DNA of 64,000 bases, taken from positions 115 to 64,114 of the forward strand of contig CARJLX010000001.1 in NCBI GenBank assembly GCA_949001935.1. The letters run 5' to 3'. Below, in pieces: positions 52,408-60,873 of the stretch (position 1 is the stretch's first letter; the number at the start of each line of letters is the position of its first letter). The DNA is from an uncultured Eubacteriales bacterium. Its GTDB lineage: Bacteria; Bacillota; Clostridia; Christensenellales; UBA1242. Position numbers and translations under genes: made by a program. Below the pieces are notes generated by a model. It was not told the DNA's origin. It ran no database searches and saw only the letters and a program-made list of their open reading frames with translations.

Positions 52408-53466
52408 ATGAGTTATTTTGATAGAATGAAGATTAAATTTCAAGAGCTTAGGCACAAAAATGATGTGCTTATCCTTTCTATAGAATCTTCTTGTGATGAA
52501 ACTAGTATTTCAGTTGTTAAAAATGGGCGTGAAGTTCTTTCTAATATTATTGCCTCGCAAATTGAAATTCACAGGCGTTTTGGAGGTGTTGTTCCTGAAG
52601 TTGCGTCTAGAAATCACATTTTGGCAATATCTAATATTTTAGATGAAGCCTTAGAGGTGGCGGGAATTAAGAAAAATCAAATTGACGCTATTGCTGTCAC
52701 TTATGGAGCTGGACTTGTTGGCGCGTTAATGGTGGGAGTGAATTTTGCAAAGGCACTTGCTTATAGTCTTGATATTCCTCTTATTGCAGTCAGCCATGTT
52801 CATGGGCATATTGCTGCAAATTATATTTCTCATCCAGATTTAAAACCGCCTTTTGTATGTCTTATGGTAAGTGGTGGGCACACTGCATTACTTGAGATAA
52901 AGGATTATAACTCTTTTAAACTTTTAGGCTCTACTGTTGATGATGCGGTTGGTGAGGCATTTGATAAAGTTGCCCGTGTTTTAGGGTTACCTTATCCAGG
53001 AGGTCCAGAAATAGATAAACTTGCAAAGTTAGGTCAAAAGAAATACGATTTTGTAATTTCTCATAGTTTGCAAAATACACTAAACTTTTCTTTTAGTGGT
53101 GTTAAAACAGGAGTTGTAAACTTGGTGCATAACAAAACTCAAAAGGGTGAGGAGATTAATAAAGCAGATATTGCAACTTCATTTCAAGAGTGTGTGACAG
53201 ATGAACTTTGTACAAAAGCAGCCAAAGCAATCAAAATGACAGGTATTGAAAAGTTAGTTGTAGCAGGTGGTGTTGGTGCAAACTATAGATTGAATGAGAA
53301 ACTTCGTGAGTTTGCAAAAGAAAAGAATTTTGAGGTTTTTAGTCCAGTTCTTAAATATTGTACAGATAATGCTGCAATGATTGGCTCAGCCGCTTATTAT
53401 ATGTTAAAAGATGGTTTAGGCCTTGCAGATTTAAGTTTGACTGCTAAACCTAATGTAAACTTATAG
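52408..53466 (+). CDS. tsaD: tRNA N6-adenosine threonylcarbamoyltransferase TsaD
   Basis: ILSIESSCDETSISVV, GGHT, GGVGAN. Confidence 0.92.
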   Translation: MSYFDRMKIKFQELRHKNDVLILSIESSCDETSISVVKNGREVLSNIIASQIEIHRRFGGVVPEVASRNHILAISNILDEALEVAGIKKNQIDAIAVTYGAGLVGALMVGVNFAKALAYSLDIPLIAVSHVHGHIAANYISHPDLKPPFVCLMVSGGHTALLEIKDYNSFKLLGSTVDDAVGEAFDKVARVLGLPYPGGPEIDKLAKLGQKKYDFVISHSLQNTLNFSFSGVKTGVVNLVHNKTQKGEEINKADIATSFQECVTDELCTKAAKAIKMTGIEKLVVAGGVGANYRLNEKLREFAKEKNFEVFSPVLKYCTDNAAMIGSAAYYMLKDGLGLADLSLTAKPNVNL

Positions 53467-53952
53467 TTATTTATAAGCAATATTAAAAACAATCTTTTTC
53501 TTTTTTAAAGCATAATCATAAGCATGAGCGGTCACTCCCGCTCTGTTTTTTATAATTTTATGATCAAAAAGAAAAATGCAGATGTTTACATTATCAATGA
53601 TATGATAATTTAATAAAATGTCACATTTGGGATAATGATAATTAACTTCAAAATATTTAATTTTATCAACAAACATATCAGGGGATTTATTATTAGATTT
53701 CACTTTTTGGCTTTTTAATTTTACTATTTTGCAATCTTTGTCGTTAGAGAAGAAAGTTGTTTTGATATTAGGGTAGTCTTGAAGAACTTTGCTAACAACT
53801 TGAAAAATTTGATTACTTAATTTATAAATATGATGAAAAACAAATTCATTAACATTATACTCTTTTATTACCTTTTTGACATATTTTTCAAGTCTTTTAA
53901 TTTGTGTAATATTTAATGTAGCAAATCTATGACCTCTTATATAACATTTCAT
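53467..53952 (-). CDS. divergent YpsA/DUF1273-like SLOG paralog lacking the Gly-rich loop
   Basis: Aligns with the 3369-3935 protein (..DYPNIK vs ..KYPQIK; YPKCDILLNYHIIDNVNICIFLFD vs NPKCMLERNDYMLNCSSLVFALFD; AGVTAHAYDYALKKKKIVFNI vs GGTKYTVNKAKQKGLKIELI). GMAIGFD is replaced by HHIYKLSN. AGGAGG RBS. Confidence 0.5.
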   Translation of the reverse strand: MKCYIRGHRFATLNITQIKRLEKYVKKVIKEYNVNEFVFHHIYKLSNQIFQVVSKVLQDYPNIKTTFFSNDKDCKIVKLKSQKVKSNNKSPDMFVDKIKYFEVNYHYPKCDILLNYHIIDNVNICIFLFDHKIIKNRAGVTAHAYDYALKKKKIVFNIAYK

Positions 53953-53976
53953 AAATACCTCCTTTTTACCATATTT

Positions 53977-54003
53977 TGTTATAAAGATGTTGATATTATA
54001 ACA
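53977..54003. promoter_or_regulatory. inverted-repeat operator candidate TGTTATAA-N11-TTATAACA
   Basis: Located in the divergent SLOG-like/XRE intergenic region. Confidence 0.35.
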
Positions 54004-54110
54004 TAATACGAATAAAAATCAAACTATTTAGGTTATATTATGTAAAAAATATTACGAAAAACGTAAAATTATTTTTATTGATAAGTGAGAAACTATATTA
54101 GGAGGATAAA

Positions 54111-54410
54111 ATGGAATATAAAGATATCATTTTTCGAATTGCTCAATTTAGAGATAAAAGAAACATGTCTGCATTTGAATTAAGTCAAATTATTGGACAT
54201 TCTGGGTCATATATGTATAGAGTTGAAAGTGGAGAAATTAAGTTGTCTGTTGAAACTTTGTTAGATATTTTAAAAGTTTTGAATGTTTCAGTTATTGAAT
54301 TTTTCTTAGGGAATGGTGAAAATTTTGATTTGGAGCTTTTAGAAGCAATAAATTGTTTGTCAAAAGAAAATCGTAATGTGGTTATCGATTTAATTAAAAA
54401 GTTGAAGTAA
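54111..54410 (+). CDS. XRE-family HTH transcriptional regulator
   Basis: MSAFELSQIIGHSGSYMYRVESGE HTH region. AGGAGG RBS. Confidence 0.75.
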   Translation: MEYKDIIFRIAQFRDKRNMSAFELSQIIGHSGSYMYRVESGEIKLSVETLLDILKVLNVSVIEFFLGNGENFDLELLEAINCLSKENRNVVIDLIKKLK

Positions 54411-54467
54411 AAAGTTCGCGATTTGATTTTACATTTGTTAAAATTAAATCGAAATAGTTTTCTTTTG

Positions 54468-54492
54468 CTTCTTTTCTTTAAAAGAAAAGAAG
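54468..54492. other. polypyrimidine/polypurine hairpin H1 (CTTCTTTTCTTT-A-AAAGAAAAGAAG)
   Basis: Perfect 12-nt arms, 22 nt upstream of the U32 gene start. Related copy at 57154-57175. Confidence 0.6.
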
Positions 54493-54514
54493 TTGTAAAA
54501 CAAAAGGAGAAATT

Positions 54515-55708
54515 ATGGAATTATTAGCACCTGCGGGTAATATGGAAAAACTTATCACAGCCGTTCATTTTGGAGCAGACGCTGTGTATTTCTCTGGCAA
54601 AAGATATGGTCTTCGTGCCTTTGCTGGCAATTTTGACGATAACGAAATTGTTGAGGCTATGAAATATCTACATGAACGCGGAAAGAAAGGGTATATCACA
54701 CTCAATATTGTGGCAAAAGACGAAGATTTTGCTGGTTTGGATGAATATCTTGATTTACTTCAAAAAGCAGGCGTGGATGCAATTATTGTTAGTGATGTTG
54801 GATTAATACATTATATTCATAAAAAAGCACCAAGTTTAGATATTCATATTTCAACTCAAGCTAATGTGACTAACAGCGAGGCGATTAAATTTTACGCCGA
54901 AATGGGAGCAAAGCGTATTGTTCTTGCCAGAGAAATGAGTTTAGGTGAAATCAAAAAAATGCATGATGAAGTAGGTGACAGGATTGAACTTGAAGCCTTC
55001 GTTCATGGCGCAATGTGCATTTCTTATTCTGGCAGATGTTTGCTTTCAAACTATCTGACAGGAAGAGAATCTAATCGTGGAGCGTGTGTTCAAGCGTGCA
55101 GGTGGAAGTATTATATAAGAGAAGTTAATCGTAAAGACGAGTATGAAATGCAAGAAGATGAACGCGGAACATACATTATGAACTCCAAAGATATGAATAT
55201 GATCCAGCATTTAAAAGAAATGAAAGATGCAGGCATATGTAGTTTGAAGATTGAAGGGCGTATGAAGTCGGCTTACTATGTTGGCACGGTTGTCAATGCA
55301 TATAGAATGGCTTTGAATAACAATTTGACGGCAAGTGAGGAACTTGTCAGCGAGTTAGAAAAAACAAGTCACCGTCAATATACAACAGGATTTTATCTTG
55401 GTGCAAATGATAAGGAATATCTTGAAGACAGTATGCCAGTTCAAAGCCATGAATTTGTTGCTGTTGTAGTTGATAAAAGTGATGACGGCGTGATTTTTGA
55501 ACAACGCAATCGTTTTGTTAAAGGTGAAACTCTTGAAATTTTGAGTGTAGACAAAAATCTTTTAAATAAACCTTTTTTTGTAGATGAAATGACTGACGAA
55601 AAGGGTGAGTCAATTGAAGATGTTAAAGGCGTTCAACAACGAGTGTTTATCAAAACAACTTTACCACTTCAAGTTGGAGATATTTTGAGAAGAAGGTGCG
55701 AGAAATAG
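54515..55708 (+). CDS. peptidase U32 family protein (family includes RNA hydroxylation factors TrhP/RlhA)
   Basis: MELLAPAGN..AVHFGADAVYFSGKRYGLRAF, and a Cys cluster GAMCISYSGRCLLSNY. Confidence 0.85.
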   Translation: MELLAPAGNMEKLITAVHFGADAVYFSGKRYGLRAFAGNFDDNEIVEAMKYLHERGKKGYITLNIVAKDEDFAGLDEYLDLLQKAGVDAIIVSDVGLIHYIHKKAPSLDIHISTQANVTNSEAIKFYAEMGAKRIVLAREMSLGEIKKMHDEVGDRIELEAFVHGAMCISYSGRCLLSNYLTGRESNRGACVQACRWKYYIREVNRKDEYEMQEDERGTYIMNSKDMNMIQHLKEMKDAGICSLKIEGRMKSAYYVGTVVNAYRMALNNNLTASEELVSELEKTSHRQYTTGFYLGANDKEYLEDSMPVQSHEFVAVVVDKSDDGVIFEQRNRFVKGETLEILSVDKNLLNKPFFVDEMTDEKGESIEDVKGVQQRVFIKTTLPLQVGDILRRRCEK

Positions 55709-55764
55709 GGGATTGACTATTAGTGATATTTTTGATACAATAATTCCTAGATTGGAGGGGAAAT

Positions 55765-56304
55765 ATGATTGAAAACGAAAATAAGGAATTAAATAAAGCT
55801 TCAAATAATTATAAAAATAGCATTAAATTAAGAGAAAAAATGGTTGAAGCTGACTTGGATTTTATTAATTTTTGCACATCGCAAAGTCTTAGACATCAAG
55901 TTTTGACTTACGATATTATGAAAAAATCACCTTATTTTATTAAGACAGAAGAAAGTGAATTGAAACAGAAAAATTTAGTTGAAGCGATAGAAAATTTGGT
56001 TAACGAAGATCCATTATATTTTGTTGTTTTCGCTAATAATCTTAAAAATTATGATATGGAAGCTTATTCAAGATGTCGTGAAATTGCTCTTGAATCATAT
56101 GTAAGTTTTGCTTGTCAAGGTGAAACATTTAAAAATGATATTTGCACATTAGCTCTTAGTGAACTAAATGAAAAACAAACCTCTTGTTTTAAAACACTTT
56201 ATGCAAAAGATAATCCAGGAAGAGGGGATTTTATTAAAGATATGCAAAGATTCGCTCCTGAACGATTAAAATTTCTTGAAATTGATGATGAAGAAATTGG
56301 TTAA
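55765..56304 (+). CDS. hypothetical protein (179 aa)
   Basis: GGAGGGG RBS. No recognisable motif. Confidence 0.55.
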   Translation: MIENENKELNKASNNYKNSIKLREKMVEADLDFINFCTSQSLRHQVLTYDIMKKSPYFIKTEESELKQKNLVEAIENLVNEDPLYFVVFANNLKNYDMEAYSRCREIALESYVSFACQGETFKNDICTLALSELNEKQTSCFKTLYAKDNPGRGDFIKDMQRFAPERLKFLEIDDEEIG

Positions 56305-56405
56305 ACTTGATATTGAAAAATTGAAAATTGAAATATAAAAGATTTAAATTCCTCGATTGAGGCTTTTTTCTTGCTTTTGTAAAGGTTTTGATATATAATT
56401 CTCTT

Positions 56406-57110
56406 ATGAGAAGATTTTTTGGTAGATTAGAAAAAGATAACGTCATTGTTGAAGGTGAGGAATTAAAGCACCTTTCTTCTGTTATTCGTTTGAAAGAGGG
56501 TGACGAATTTGTTTGTGTGACTGGTGACGAATTTGACTATGTTTGCAAAATTGTGTCGCTTGATAAAAAGAGAGCCGAGGCTCAAGTTTTAGAAAAGGCT
56601 GAGAATAAATCAAATCCTAAAAAGAATTTGGTGTTGTTTCAAGCACTTATCAAGAAAGACAATTTTGAGCTTGTTTTGCAGAAGGCTGTTGAGCTAGGCA
56701 TGAGTAAGGTTATTCCATTTATTAGTGAAAATTGTGTTAACAAAAGTGGAATTAATTTGGAAAGGTTAAACACTCTTATTTCATCAGCTTGCAAGCAATG
56801 CGAAAGGTCGAAGGTTATGCATTTATCACAATCGATTAAATTTGATGAAATGCTACAAAGCCTAAAAGACTTTGACGCGGTTATTTTTGCTAACGAGATT
56901 GACGGCAAGGAGTTTAATTTTGGTGAGCTAAAAAATTATAACAACATTGCTTTTGTTGTTGGCTGTGAGGGTGGGTTTACTGAGAAAGAAAAGGAGTCAC
57001 TTGTCACTTTACCAAATGTTAAGTCGGTCAGTCTTGGCTCAAGAATTTTGCGTGCCGAAACAGCTAGCATTGTTTTGATGGGACTAGGCTCACTATTGAG
57101 TGATAATTGA
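56406..57110 (+). CDS. rsmE: 16S rRNA (uracil1498-N3)-methyltransferase RsmE
   Basis: MRRFFG...EELKHL..V.RLKEGDEF and the C-terminal SPOUT knot GCEGGFTEKE...SLGSRILRAETA. Confidence 0.88.
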   Translation: MRRFFGRLEKDNVIVEGEELKHLSSVIRLKEGDEFVCVTGDEFDYVCKIVSLDKKRAEAQVLEKAENKSNPKKNLVLFQALIKKDNFELVLQKAVELGMSKVIPFISENCVNKSGINLERLNTLISSACKQCERSKVMHLSQSIKFDEMLQSLKDFDAVIFANEIDGKEFNFGELKNYNNIAFVVGCEGGFTEKEKESLVTLPNVKSVSLGSRILRAETASIVLMGLGSLLSDN

Positions 57111-57129
57111 TTTGCTAAAAGAAAAAGTC

Positions 57130-57151
57130 GAGGCACATTTGGTGCCCTTTT
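57130..57151 (+). terminator. terminator after rsmE
   Basis: GGGCAC-type stem GGCAC-ATTTG-GTGCC followed by CTTTT. Confidence 0.5.
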
Positions 57152-57153
57152 GG

Positions 57154-57175
57154 TTCTTTTCTTGAAAGAAAAGAA
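57154..57175. other. polypyrimidine/polypurine hairpin H2 (TTCTTTTCTT-GA-AAGAAAAGAA)
   Basis: 10-nt arms, 12 nt upstream of the mtaB ATG. Shares TTCTTTTCTT..AAGAAAAGAA with H1. Confidence 0.6.
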
Positions 57176-57186
57176 AAGGTGTAGAA

Positions 57187-58428
57187 ATGAAAGTTTGCGT
57201 GATGACTTTGGGTTGCAAAGTGAATAAGTATGAAAGCGACTCAATAATAAAACAACTTGAAGAAAGAGGTTATGAAGCGGTTGAAAGTTTACAACCCGCT
57301 GATGTTTTTGTTATCAATACTTGCGCTGTGACGGCTGAGGCAGAGAAAAAGTCACGCCAAATGATTGCAAGATGTCGTAAATTTAACCCTAATGCAAGAA
57401 TATTGATTTGCGGTTGTGCAAGTCAAAAAAATCAAGAGCAGTTTAAAGAAAAAGGCGTTGAAGTTGTCACGGGCGTGGCTGGCAAAACTAAACTTATTGA
57501 TGTTATTGGGCGAGGCAACCTTGATATAAGTGAACTTCCACTTGTTTATGAAGACGACATGAAAGCAAAACAATCGCGAATTCGTGCATACATAAAAATT
57601 CAAGATGGTTGCAATAATTTTTGCTCTTATTGCATAATTCCTTATCTTCGTGGGCGTAGTCGTTCAAGAAGTCTTGAAAGTATAATGGCAGAGGCAAGGG
57701 CGCTAGGCGATGAGATTAAAGAAATTGTTTTGACGGGTATCAATGTGACAGATTATAAAATTGATGGCAAAGCGGGCTTATTAACTTTGCTACAAAACCT
57801 AGATACGCTTGGTAAAAGAATACGCCTCTCATCTTTGGAAGAAACTTTGGTGAGTGAGGAGTTTGCAAAGGGATTGAGTGAACTTAAAAACTTTTGTCCG
57901 CATTTTCACTTGTCACTTCAAAGTGGATGTGATAGCGTTTTGAAACGAATGAACAGAAAGTATACAACGGAGGAGTTTTATAATTCTGTTCGGCTTTTAA
58001 GAAAATATTTCCCACTTGCTGGCATTACAACAGATGTTATTGTTGGTTTCCCTGGTGAAAGTGATGAGGAATTTGAGATTACTCGTCGCTTTATTGAAAA
58101 GGTTGGTTTTGCATCTTTGCATATCTTTAAATATTCCCGTCGTGACGGCACTGTTGCGTCAAGGATGACAGATTTGCCAGACGCAATCAAAGCAAAACGC
58201 AGTGACATCTTAGAGGGCGTCAAATCACAACTCTTTGATGAGTTTGTAAAGAAAAATAAGACAGGCAAAGTGCTAATCGAAGAGTTTGATGGACAGCATT
58301 ATGTTGGCTACACAGAAAACTACATCAAGTGTTATATACAAAGCGACAACGACCTTGTTAACCAAATCATTGATGTTGAACTTGGTGAAAGGTTTAAAGA
58401 CGGGGTGAAAGTGAGAATTCAACCTTGA
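57187..58428 (+). CDS. mtaB: tRNA (t6A37) methylthiotransferase MtaB
   Basis: UPF0004 N-domain, radical-SAM CNNFCSYC, TRAM C-domain. Follows rsmE, as in B. subtilis (yqeU-yqeV). Confidence 0.88.
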   Translation: MKVCVMTLGCKVNKYESDSIIKQLEERGYEAVESLQPADVFVINTCAVTAEAEKKSRQMIARCRKFNPNARILICGCASQKNQEQFKEKGVEVVTGVAGKTKLIDVIGRGNLDISELPLVYEDDMKAKQSRIRAYIKIQDGCNNFCSYCIIPYLRGRSRSRSLESIMAEARALGDEIKEIVLTGINVTDYKIDGKAGLLTLLQNLDTLGKRIRLSSLEETLVSEEFAKGLSELKNFCPHFHLSLQSGCDSVLKRMNRKYTTEEFYNSVRLLRKYFPLAGITTDVIVGFPGESDEEFEITRRFIEKVGFASLHIFKYSRRDGTVASRMTDLPDAIKAKRSDILEGVKSQLFDEFVKKNKTGKVLIEEFDGQHYVGYTENYIKCYIQSDNDLVNQIIDVELGERFKDGVKVRIQP

Positions 58429-58470
58429 CATAACAAGGGAAATATGTTAAACTGACAATAGAGGTGAAAT

Positions 58471-59019
58471 ATGAAATTAGATCAAGAGTTGTTTAAGCAT
58501 GTTCTTGGCAGAGGGTATGATGTCAAAGATGAGAAAGATTTGATGACGGCCATTGCATTGCATTATTTTTGCAATCAATTTGGAATTTTTGATGTGGTTC
58601 GTGATTATGGTTTTATTTTGACAGATAAAGGCGTTTTGAGCCCAGATTGTATGAGAGATGTTTTGGCTGAGCGTAAAGGTTCATTCTCGGGTAAATTTAC
58701 TGAGTATACAGAAAATGTTTTGTCTTCATTAGAAATTGCACTTGAGAGCACCGCAGAAATTTTGAAAAGACCTTTTGATGAGCGTGATGCAATAATTAGC
58801 GCTGCTGCTTATAAATATGTTAAAAGTGTTTATTGCTCTTTTCATGAAGATGATGAAGAGATGAAAAAGAAAGAATTTGAAAGTCACTTCCCAGCAGGAG
58901 ATTACGAACTTGGCAAAACTTGTGACGAGCAGGCTGAAATTGTTTTTGAGTCAATCATTGAAAGTGAAAGACAGGCCAAATTGAAAAAATCTCAAACATC
59001 AGGAGAAAATGAAGGCTAA
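58471..59019 (+). CDS. hypothetical protein (182 aa)
   Basis: GAGGTG RBS. No recognisable motif. Confidence 0.55.
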   Translation: MKLDQELFKHVLGRGYDVKDEKDLMTAIALHYFCNQFGIFDVVRDYGFILTDKGVLSPDCMRDVLAERKGSFSGKFTEYTENVLSSLEIALESTAEILKRPFDERDAIISAAAYKYVKSVYCSFHEDDEEMKKKEFESHFPAGDYELGKTCDEQAEIVFESIIESERQAKLKKSQTSGENEG

Positions 59020-59071
59020 GCCTTCTTAACAAAGCTTTCATTAAAAACCTATATAAACAGAAGGAGAAAAC

Positions 59072-59362
59072 ATGGATTTTTTAAAAGGTGAAATTAAACA
59101 TATTAATGGTTATAAATTTAATAAAGGCGAAAAGATAAGATTTTTTAGAGATCCAGAAGATGAAGATTCTGTAATGATTATTGGGGGTAGACTGATTGAG
59201 CCAGAAGAGGATAGTCGTAAAATATGTCCTGTCAAGCGGACTAGTTTTTATGATGATGTCAAATTTGTAGACGAGGAGTTTACTGGCGAGATAGAAAAAA
59301 TGGAAAAACGTGAAAAAAATAGAAGATGTTTTGACGGCTTCCAAGACGATTGGGATGATTAA
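59072..59362 (+). CDS. hypothetical acidic protein (96 aa)
   Basis: AAGGAGA RBS. Asp/Glu-rich, no motif. Confidence 0.5.
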   Translation: MDFLKGEIKHINGYKFNKGEKIRFFRDPEDEDSVMIIGGRLIEPEEDSRKICPVKRTSFYDDVKFVDEEFTGEIEKMEKREKNRRCFDGFQDDWDD

Positions 59363-59389
59363 ATTTATAACTAATTTTTTTAAAATCAC

Positions 59390-59418
59390 TTGACAAAAAA
59401 GGTTGAAGAGCGTATAAT
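59390..59418 (+). promoter_or_regulatory. consensus sigma-A promoter TTGACA-17-TATAAT for rpsU
   Basis: Perfect hexamers and spacing. Confidence 0.7.
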
Positions 59419-59453
59419 AGTCAAGAATTAGCAAATAGAAGGTGGTGAGAAAT

Positions 59454-59636
59454 TTGACAACTGTTAAAGTAGGCGAAAACGAAAGTCTTGAAAGTGCTTT
59501 AAAGCGTTTTAAGAGAAAGTGCCAAAAAGATGGCATTATCGGCGATATTAGAAAGAAAGAAGCATATGACAAGCCTAGTGTTGCTAGAAAAAAGAAAAGC
59601 GAAGCCGCTAGAAAGAGAGCTAGAAAAAGAGGCTAA
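59454..59636 (+). CDS. rpsU: 30S ribosomal protein S21
   Basis: [22 protein letters not shown]...[23 protein letters not shown] start after GGTGGTGA. Confidence 0.9.
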   Translation: MTTVKVGENESLESALKRFKRKCQKDGIIGDIRKKEAYDKPSVARKKKSEAARKRARKRG

Positions 59637-59673
59637 GCGTAAACAAATTTAAATTTATAAAAGGAGAAAAATC

Positions 59674-60021
59674 ATGGCAAACATTATTGACCAAATCGAG
59701 AAAGAGAACATGAAAGAAACACTCCCTTCATTTAATATCGGCGACACTGTTAAAGTTGGCGTTAAGATTAAGGAAGGAGATAAGGAAAGAATTCAGGCTT
59801 TTGAAGGTGTTGTTATCTCAAAGAAAAACGGCGGAATTAGAGAAACTTTTACAGTTAGAAAAGACTCTAACGGAGTTGGCGTTGAAAGAACATTCCCTAT
59901 TCACTCTCCACTTGTTGCAAGTGTTGATGTTGTAAGAAAGGGTGCACCTAGAAGAGCAAAACTTTACTATGTTCGTGAACTTACTGGAAAAGCAGCTAAG
60001 ATCAAATCAAAAGAAAACTAA
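59674..60021 (+). CDS. rplS: 50S ribosomal protein L19
   Basis: [32 protein letters not shown].. Confidence 0.95.
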   Translation: MANIIDQIEKENMKETLPSFNIGDTVKVGVKIKEGDKERIQAFEGVVISKKNGGIRETFTVRKDSNGVGVERTFPIHSPLVASVDVVRKGAPRRAKLYYVRELTGKAAKIKSKEN

Positions 60022-60069
60022 AAACAAAATCCGCTATTTTAAGCGGATTTTTATAATAATGGAGAATTT

Positions 60070-60735
60070 ATGAATTTTACACAAAGAATAAAAGTCTTTT
60101 TAAAGGACAATGCAGATCCTGTTAATGCAAGTTTTCAAGCACGGTTGATTTTTACTAAATATAAAATTTGGGGTTTAAAAACTCCTCCTCTTGAAAACTT
60201 TGTGAAAGAACTTATCAAAGAGGGGGCGAGTTTTGAAGATTTTAAACATGATAGCCATGAAGAAATCGTTATGGCGGGGATGTTTATTGGGCGAAGTAAA
60301 GTTGAAAACCAACAAAAACTAAAGTGGCTAAAAGAGTGGTTAAACTATGTTGATAACTGGGCAAGTTGCGACCAAATTGTTGGCAGGCTTAAAGGTATGG
60401 AAAGTGAGGCAGAATTTTTTAAGGATTTACTTAATGGGCAGCAAACTTTTACTCAGCGATTTGGTATAATTTGGCTTATGCGTTGGAACTTGAAAAAAGA
60501 TTTAGTGGAAACTTTAAAACTCGTAATGCCTGTTGAAAATGATGACTACTACATCAAAATGGCAAAGGCTTGGACACTTGCCGAGGCGGTTTTGATTGAT
60601 TATGAATACGCAAAAAATATAATTGCAGGCATTGATGACAAGTTTTTACGCAACAAAGCAATTTCAAAAGCCTGCGAAAGTTTTAGGGTGAATGTTGAAC
60701 AAAAGGAAGAATTAAGGAAATTGAGGTTAAAGTGA
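60070..60735 (+). CDS. DNA alkylation repair (AlkD-like HEAT-repeat) family protein
   Basis: Helical-repeat protein with DNWASCDQ and RFGIIWL motifs typical of PF08713-like proteins. Confidence 0.55.
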   Translation: MNFTQRIKVFLKDNADPVNASFQARLIFTKYKIWGLKTPPLENFVKELIKEGASFEDFKHDSHEEIVMAGMFIGRSKVENQQKLKWLKEWLNYVDNWASCDQIVGRLKGMESEAEFFKDLLNGQQTFTQRFGIIWLMRWNLKKDLVETLKLVMPVENDDYYIKMAKAWTLAEAVLIDYEYAKNIIAGIDDKFLRNKAISKACESFRVNVEQKEELRKLRLK

Positions 60736-60873
60736 AAACTTTAATCTTTTTTTGAGTAAAAACATCTTTTATTTAAAGATTTTATTAAAATATATTGAAT
60801 GTTTTATATTTTATTTTGTTTAATAATAAAAAAATGCTAAAATATATATTAGTTGATTTGCTAAGGAGAAATT

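Noticed and set aside
52255-52455. 66-aa minus-strand ORF from the track.
   Set aside because: It overlaps, in antisense, a plus-strand 49-codon ORF that has a strong SD, a paralog 300 bp upstream and a terminator. The minus-strand ORF has no RBS.
54021-54048. dif-like XerCD site (TATATTATGTAAAAA resembles the XerD half of B. subtilis dif).
   Set aside because: Only the right arm matches (about 9 of 11). The left arm matches poorly in any 11-6-11 register. AT-rich intergenic DNA gives such partial hits easily.
59081-59572. 163-aa minus-strand ORF overlapping the 96-aa gene and rpsU. Similar shadow ORFs occur at 141-503, 4051-4281, 14694-15110, 42926-43255, 46600-46947, 47819-48238 and 50438-50761.
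   Set aside because: These are antisense shadows of well-supported genes in AT-rich DNA. They have Phe/Ile/Lys/Asn-rich low-complexity products and no RBS.
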